Of a stretch of DNA of 15,905 bases, positions 13,297 to 15,905 are shown in pieces; position 1 is the first letter of the stretch, and the number at the start of each line of letters is the position of its first letter. Source of the stretch: a virus (taxonomy: Duplodnaviria > Heunggongvirae > Uroviricota > Caudoviricetes). The position numbers and the translations under genes were made by a program. The notes under the pieces were generated by a model that worked only from the letters and a program-made list of their open reading frames with translations, searched no databases and was not told the DNA's origin. The stretch lies in IMG/VR virus record IMGVR_UViG_3300021961_000056; one strand, written 5' to 3'.

Positions 13297-15005
13297 TACA
13301 TTTTAAAAAGGTTCGTTGGCGTAACTTTCTGTCCACAGGAAACGCCTTTACTGAAATTCAATTAGATGTTCGTCCTACAACCTTGATTGTGGGTGAGAAT
13401 GGCAGTGGCAAAAGCACTTTGCTAGATGCAATATGTTTTGCCTTGTTCAGTAAGCCATATCGCAACATCAACAAGCCGCAATTGGTGAACACCATTAATG
13501 GGAAGAATTGTGTAGTTGAAATTGAATTCTTCATTGGTAGCAAGAACTATAAAATCATTCGTGGCATCAAGCCTGCCATCTTTGAGATTTGGGTTGATAA
13601 TGTATTGTTGAACCAAGATGCTGCCAGCCGCGATTATCAAAAGTATTTGGAAGAAAACATTTTAAAGTTGAATTACAAATCATTCACACAAATTGTCATT
13701 CTTGGGTCGGCATCTTTCACACCTTTCATGCAACTTCCAGCTGCAGCTCGTCGTGAAGTGATTGAAGATATTCTTGACATTAAGATTTTCACATCCATGA
13801 ATCTGGTGTTAAAGGACAAGATGTCTGAATTAAAGACAAAGATGACGGATGTGGAAAATAAAATTTCTTTGGCCAAGAACAAAGCAGAGATACAGCAAGA
13901 CTACATCAAGACGTTGGAAGAAGATAGAGATGCTCGTATCGCAGATATTGAAAATAAGATTCAGGAGGCAACACATGAGATCCATCATAAACGGGATTTG
14001 TTATCTCATCTTGATGATAGGAGAACTAATCATTTTACTAGCATTGGGGATGCATCTAGTGTTAACGAAGCTGTTTCCGAAATCCTACGGCAAGTCCGAG
14101 AATTCGAATCCACAGCATCATCTATAGAAAAAGAAATTTCTTTCTATCATAACAATGATACCTGTCCTAAGTGTAAGCAAGGTATTCAACATGATTTCAA
14201 GAAGGACATCATTGATGAACGTTCTGAGGACTTACAAAAGGTTCATACTAATATTCAACAGATAGAAGAACAGAAAATAACATTACAAGCTCGTCTCCAG
14301 GAAATTGCTGACATCAATAAAGAGATTGGTAACTTGACTGAGGAAATCAATCAGATGAAATCTGAGATGGCATCCACAGAACGATTCATTCAACGTCTTG
14401 AATTGGAAAAAGCAGATGTCAGCCAGAAGGTAGGCAACATTGAAGTTGAGAAAGCAAAGTTGAAAGACTTGGCAAAAGATACATTAGGTGTAGTGAAAGA
14501 AAGAAGTGAATTGAATGAATTAGGTGATTACTATGATATCGCTGGCATCTTGTTGAAAGATTCAGGTATCAAGACCAAGATTATTCGGCAGTATCTCCCG
14601 GCAATAAATAAACTCGTCAACAAGTTTTTGACATCCATGGACTTCTTTGTCCAATTTACACTTGACGAGAAATTTGATGAAGTTATTAAATCACGTTATC
14701 GGGATGATTTTAGTTATGAAAGCTTTAGTGAAGGCGAGAAACAAAGAATTGATTTGGCGCTTCTGTTTACGTGGCGTACAATCGCTAAACTTAAGAATAG
14801 TGCTAGTACTAATCTTCTTATTCTTGATGAAGTCTTTGATAGTAGCTTAGATAATAGTGCCACAGATTATGTGATGACGTTATTGAATACCCTAGGTGAT
14901 GGCACCAATGTCTGGGTGATTTCACATAAAGGTGACCAATTGTTTGATAAGTTTGCTCATGTAGTGAAGTTCACCAAACGACAGAATTTCTCTGTGATTG
15001 TATAA
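13293..15005 (+). CDS. g46: Recombination ATPase subunit gp46 (Rad50/SbcC-like)
   Basis: Walker A GENGSGKST, coiled coil with CPKC hook, signature FSEGE, Walker B LLILDEVFDSSLD and H-loop ISH. Confidence 0.97.
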   Translation: MIHFKKVRWRNFLSTGNAFTEIQLDVRPTTLIVGENGSGKSTLLDAICFALFSKPYRNINKPQLVNTINGKNCVVEIEFFIGSKNYKIIRGIKPAIFEIWVDNVLLNQDAASRDYQKYLEENILKLNYKSFTQIVILGSASFTPFMQLPAAARREVIEDILDIKIFTSMNLVLKDKMSELKTKMTDVENKISLAKNKAEIQQDYIKTLEEDRDARIADIENKIQEATHEIHHKRDLLSHLDDRRTNHFTSIGDASSVNEAVSEILRQVREFESTASSIEKEISFYHNNDTCPKCKQGIQHDFKKDIIDERSEDLQKVHTNIQQIEEQKITLQARLQEIADINKEIGNLTEEINQMKSEMASTERFIQRLELEKADVSQKVGNIEVEKAKLKDLAKDTLGVVKERSELNELGDYYDIAGILLKDSGIKTKIIRQYLPAINKLVNKFLTSMDFFVQFTLDEKFDEVIKSRYRDDFSYESFSEGEKQRIDLALLFTWRTIAKLKNSASTNLLILDEVFDSSLDNSATDYVMTLLNTLGDGTNVWVISHKGDQLFDKFAHVVKFTKRQNFSVIV

Positions 15006-15011
15006 TAAATA
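15004..15011 (+). promoter_or_regulatory. Candidate late promoter AATAAATA upstream of def
   Basis: One mismatch to TATAAATA. Shares TAAATATTAGA with the g3 promoter. GAGG RBS at 15015-15018. Confidence 0.55.
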
Positions 15012-15023
15012 TTAGAGGATGAT

Positions 15024-15560
15024 ATGCATTTTAACATTGATGAATTACAATTAATACATTTCACTGACCAACGAATGACTACGCGGCCACCTGCGTTTGA
15101 TTTCGAAAAGGATGGTGACAAAGCAGCAGAATTGGTTGAAGTGTTGCATGCAAAGATGGTGGAATGGGATGGCGCAGGATTATCAGCCAATCAAGTAGGA
15201 CTTCCTTATCGTGTGTTTGTGATGGGAACCAAGACGGACAAGATTGCCTTTTTCAATCCTAACGTGGTGGGTGTAAGTAGAGAAGAAATTGCCATGGAAG
15301 AAGGATGTCTTTCATTCCCAGGATTCTATTTAACATTGAAGCGTCCAAAAGAAGTTGTCTTGGAATGGCAGAATGAGAAGGGAGAAACACAAACAGGAAA
15401 GTTTCAAGGTGTAGGCGCGCGAGTTGTATTACATGAATATGACCATATGGAAGGCATCAATTTCACATTTCATGCTACTCATTTCAAGTTGAAGTGGGAG
15501 TTGGATAAGTGGAAGAAGAAACAACTCAAACATCAAAAACGGTTAAGATATGGAAAATGA
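15024..15560 (+). CDS. def: Peptide deformylase
   Basis: All three PDF motifs are present: GAGLSANQVG, EGCLS and HEYDH. Confidence 0.96.
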   Translation: MHFNIDELQLIHFTDQRMTTRPPAFDFEKDGDKAAELVEVLHAKMVEWDGAGLSANQVGLPYRVFVMGTKTDKIAFFNPNVVGVSREEIAMEEGCLSFPGFYLTLKRPKEVVLEWQNEKGETQTGKFQGVGARVVLHEYDHMEGINFTFHATHFKLKWELDKWKKKQLKHQKRLRYGK

Positions 15561-15905
15561 TTTCGATTTCGGGTTTACATTTGCTGATGATGAAGTAGGA
15601 ACACCACAGCAAACAACACCCACCGCAACACCAGAAGATACAGAATTTAAAAGTGAGTTGTTGGATAAAATTACAGCACTAGAAAGCAAGTTGGAAGAAT
15701 TGACAACAGGTGATACATCCTCATTGATTGAACAACATAAACAATTATTAACATCTGAGGTGCGTGGCAAATTACAACAAGTAGAACAGCTTATACTTCC
15801 ACTTCTTTACAATCTCCAAAAGAATCCGGACAAGGAATACATTCATTGGCCAAATCGTAAAGATATTATTCAAAAACAAATAGATAAAATATTGAACATT
15901 ACTAG
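15550..15905 (+). CDS. Hypothetical protein, 3' truncated by the window end (absent from the ORF track)
   Basis: My translation from ATG 15550 is open to the window end: MENDFDFGFTFADDEVGTPQQTT...LILPLLYNLQKNPDKEYIHWPNRKDIIQKQIDKILNIT. It overlaps the def stop and has a coiled-coil-like middle. The LxxNP.KEYIxWPNR pattern is one I associate with T4-like hypotheticals. Confidence 0.8.
   Translation, partial: MENDFDFGFTFADDEVGTPQQTTPTATPEDTEFKSELLDKITALESKLEELTTGDTSSLIEQHKQLLTSEVRGKLQQVEQLILPLLYNLQKNPDKEYIHWPNRKDIIQKQIDKILNIT

Noticed and set aside
1-15905. tRNA genes, CRISPR arrays, introns/inteins, homing endonucleases, IS elements
   Set aside because: None seen. Intergenic gaps are too short, and conserved genes (uvsW, g46, g47, g23) are uninterrupted and of normal or short length.

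Overview
A 15.9-kb segment of a T4-like myovirus genome with the gene order typical of cyanophage-type or environmental T4-likes. All credible genes are on the + strand. Order: g21 (3' end), g22, g23, terminator, g3, uvsY, uvsW, conserved hypothetical, g55, a 7-gene insert, g47, g46, peptide deformylase, and a truncated hypothetical. The insert (6994-12252) is a 7-deazaguanine base-modification cluster: queE, folE, DEDDh exonuclease, TGT-fold DpdA-like transglycosylase, DpdL-like T-fold protein, a GT-B glycosyltransferase and queD. There is no queC or queF in the window. The most notable point is that the glycosyltransferase matches, along its length, motifs I recall from the GTDC1/QTMAN (queuosine-tRNA mannosyltransferase, DUF3524) family. 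It sits between dpdA/dpdL and queD, at the g55-g47 position where T4 keeps alpha-glucosyltransferase. This suggests a sugar-hypermodified 7-deazaguanine in phage DNA, which is an untested inference. Family assignments come from motif recognition only; no database searches were run.
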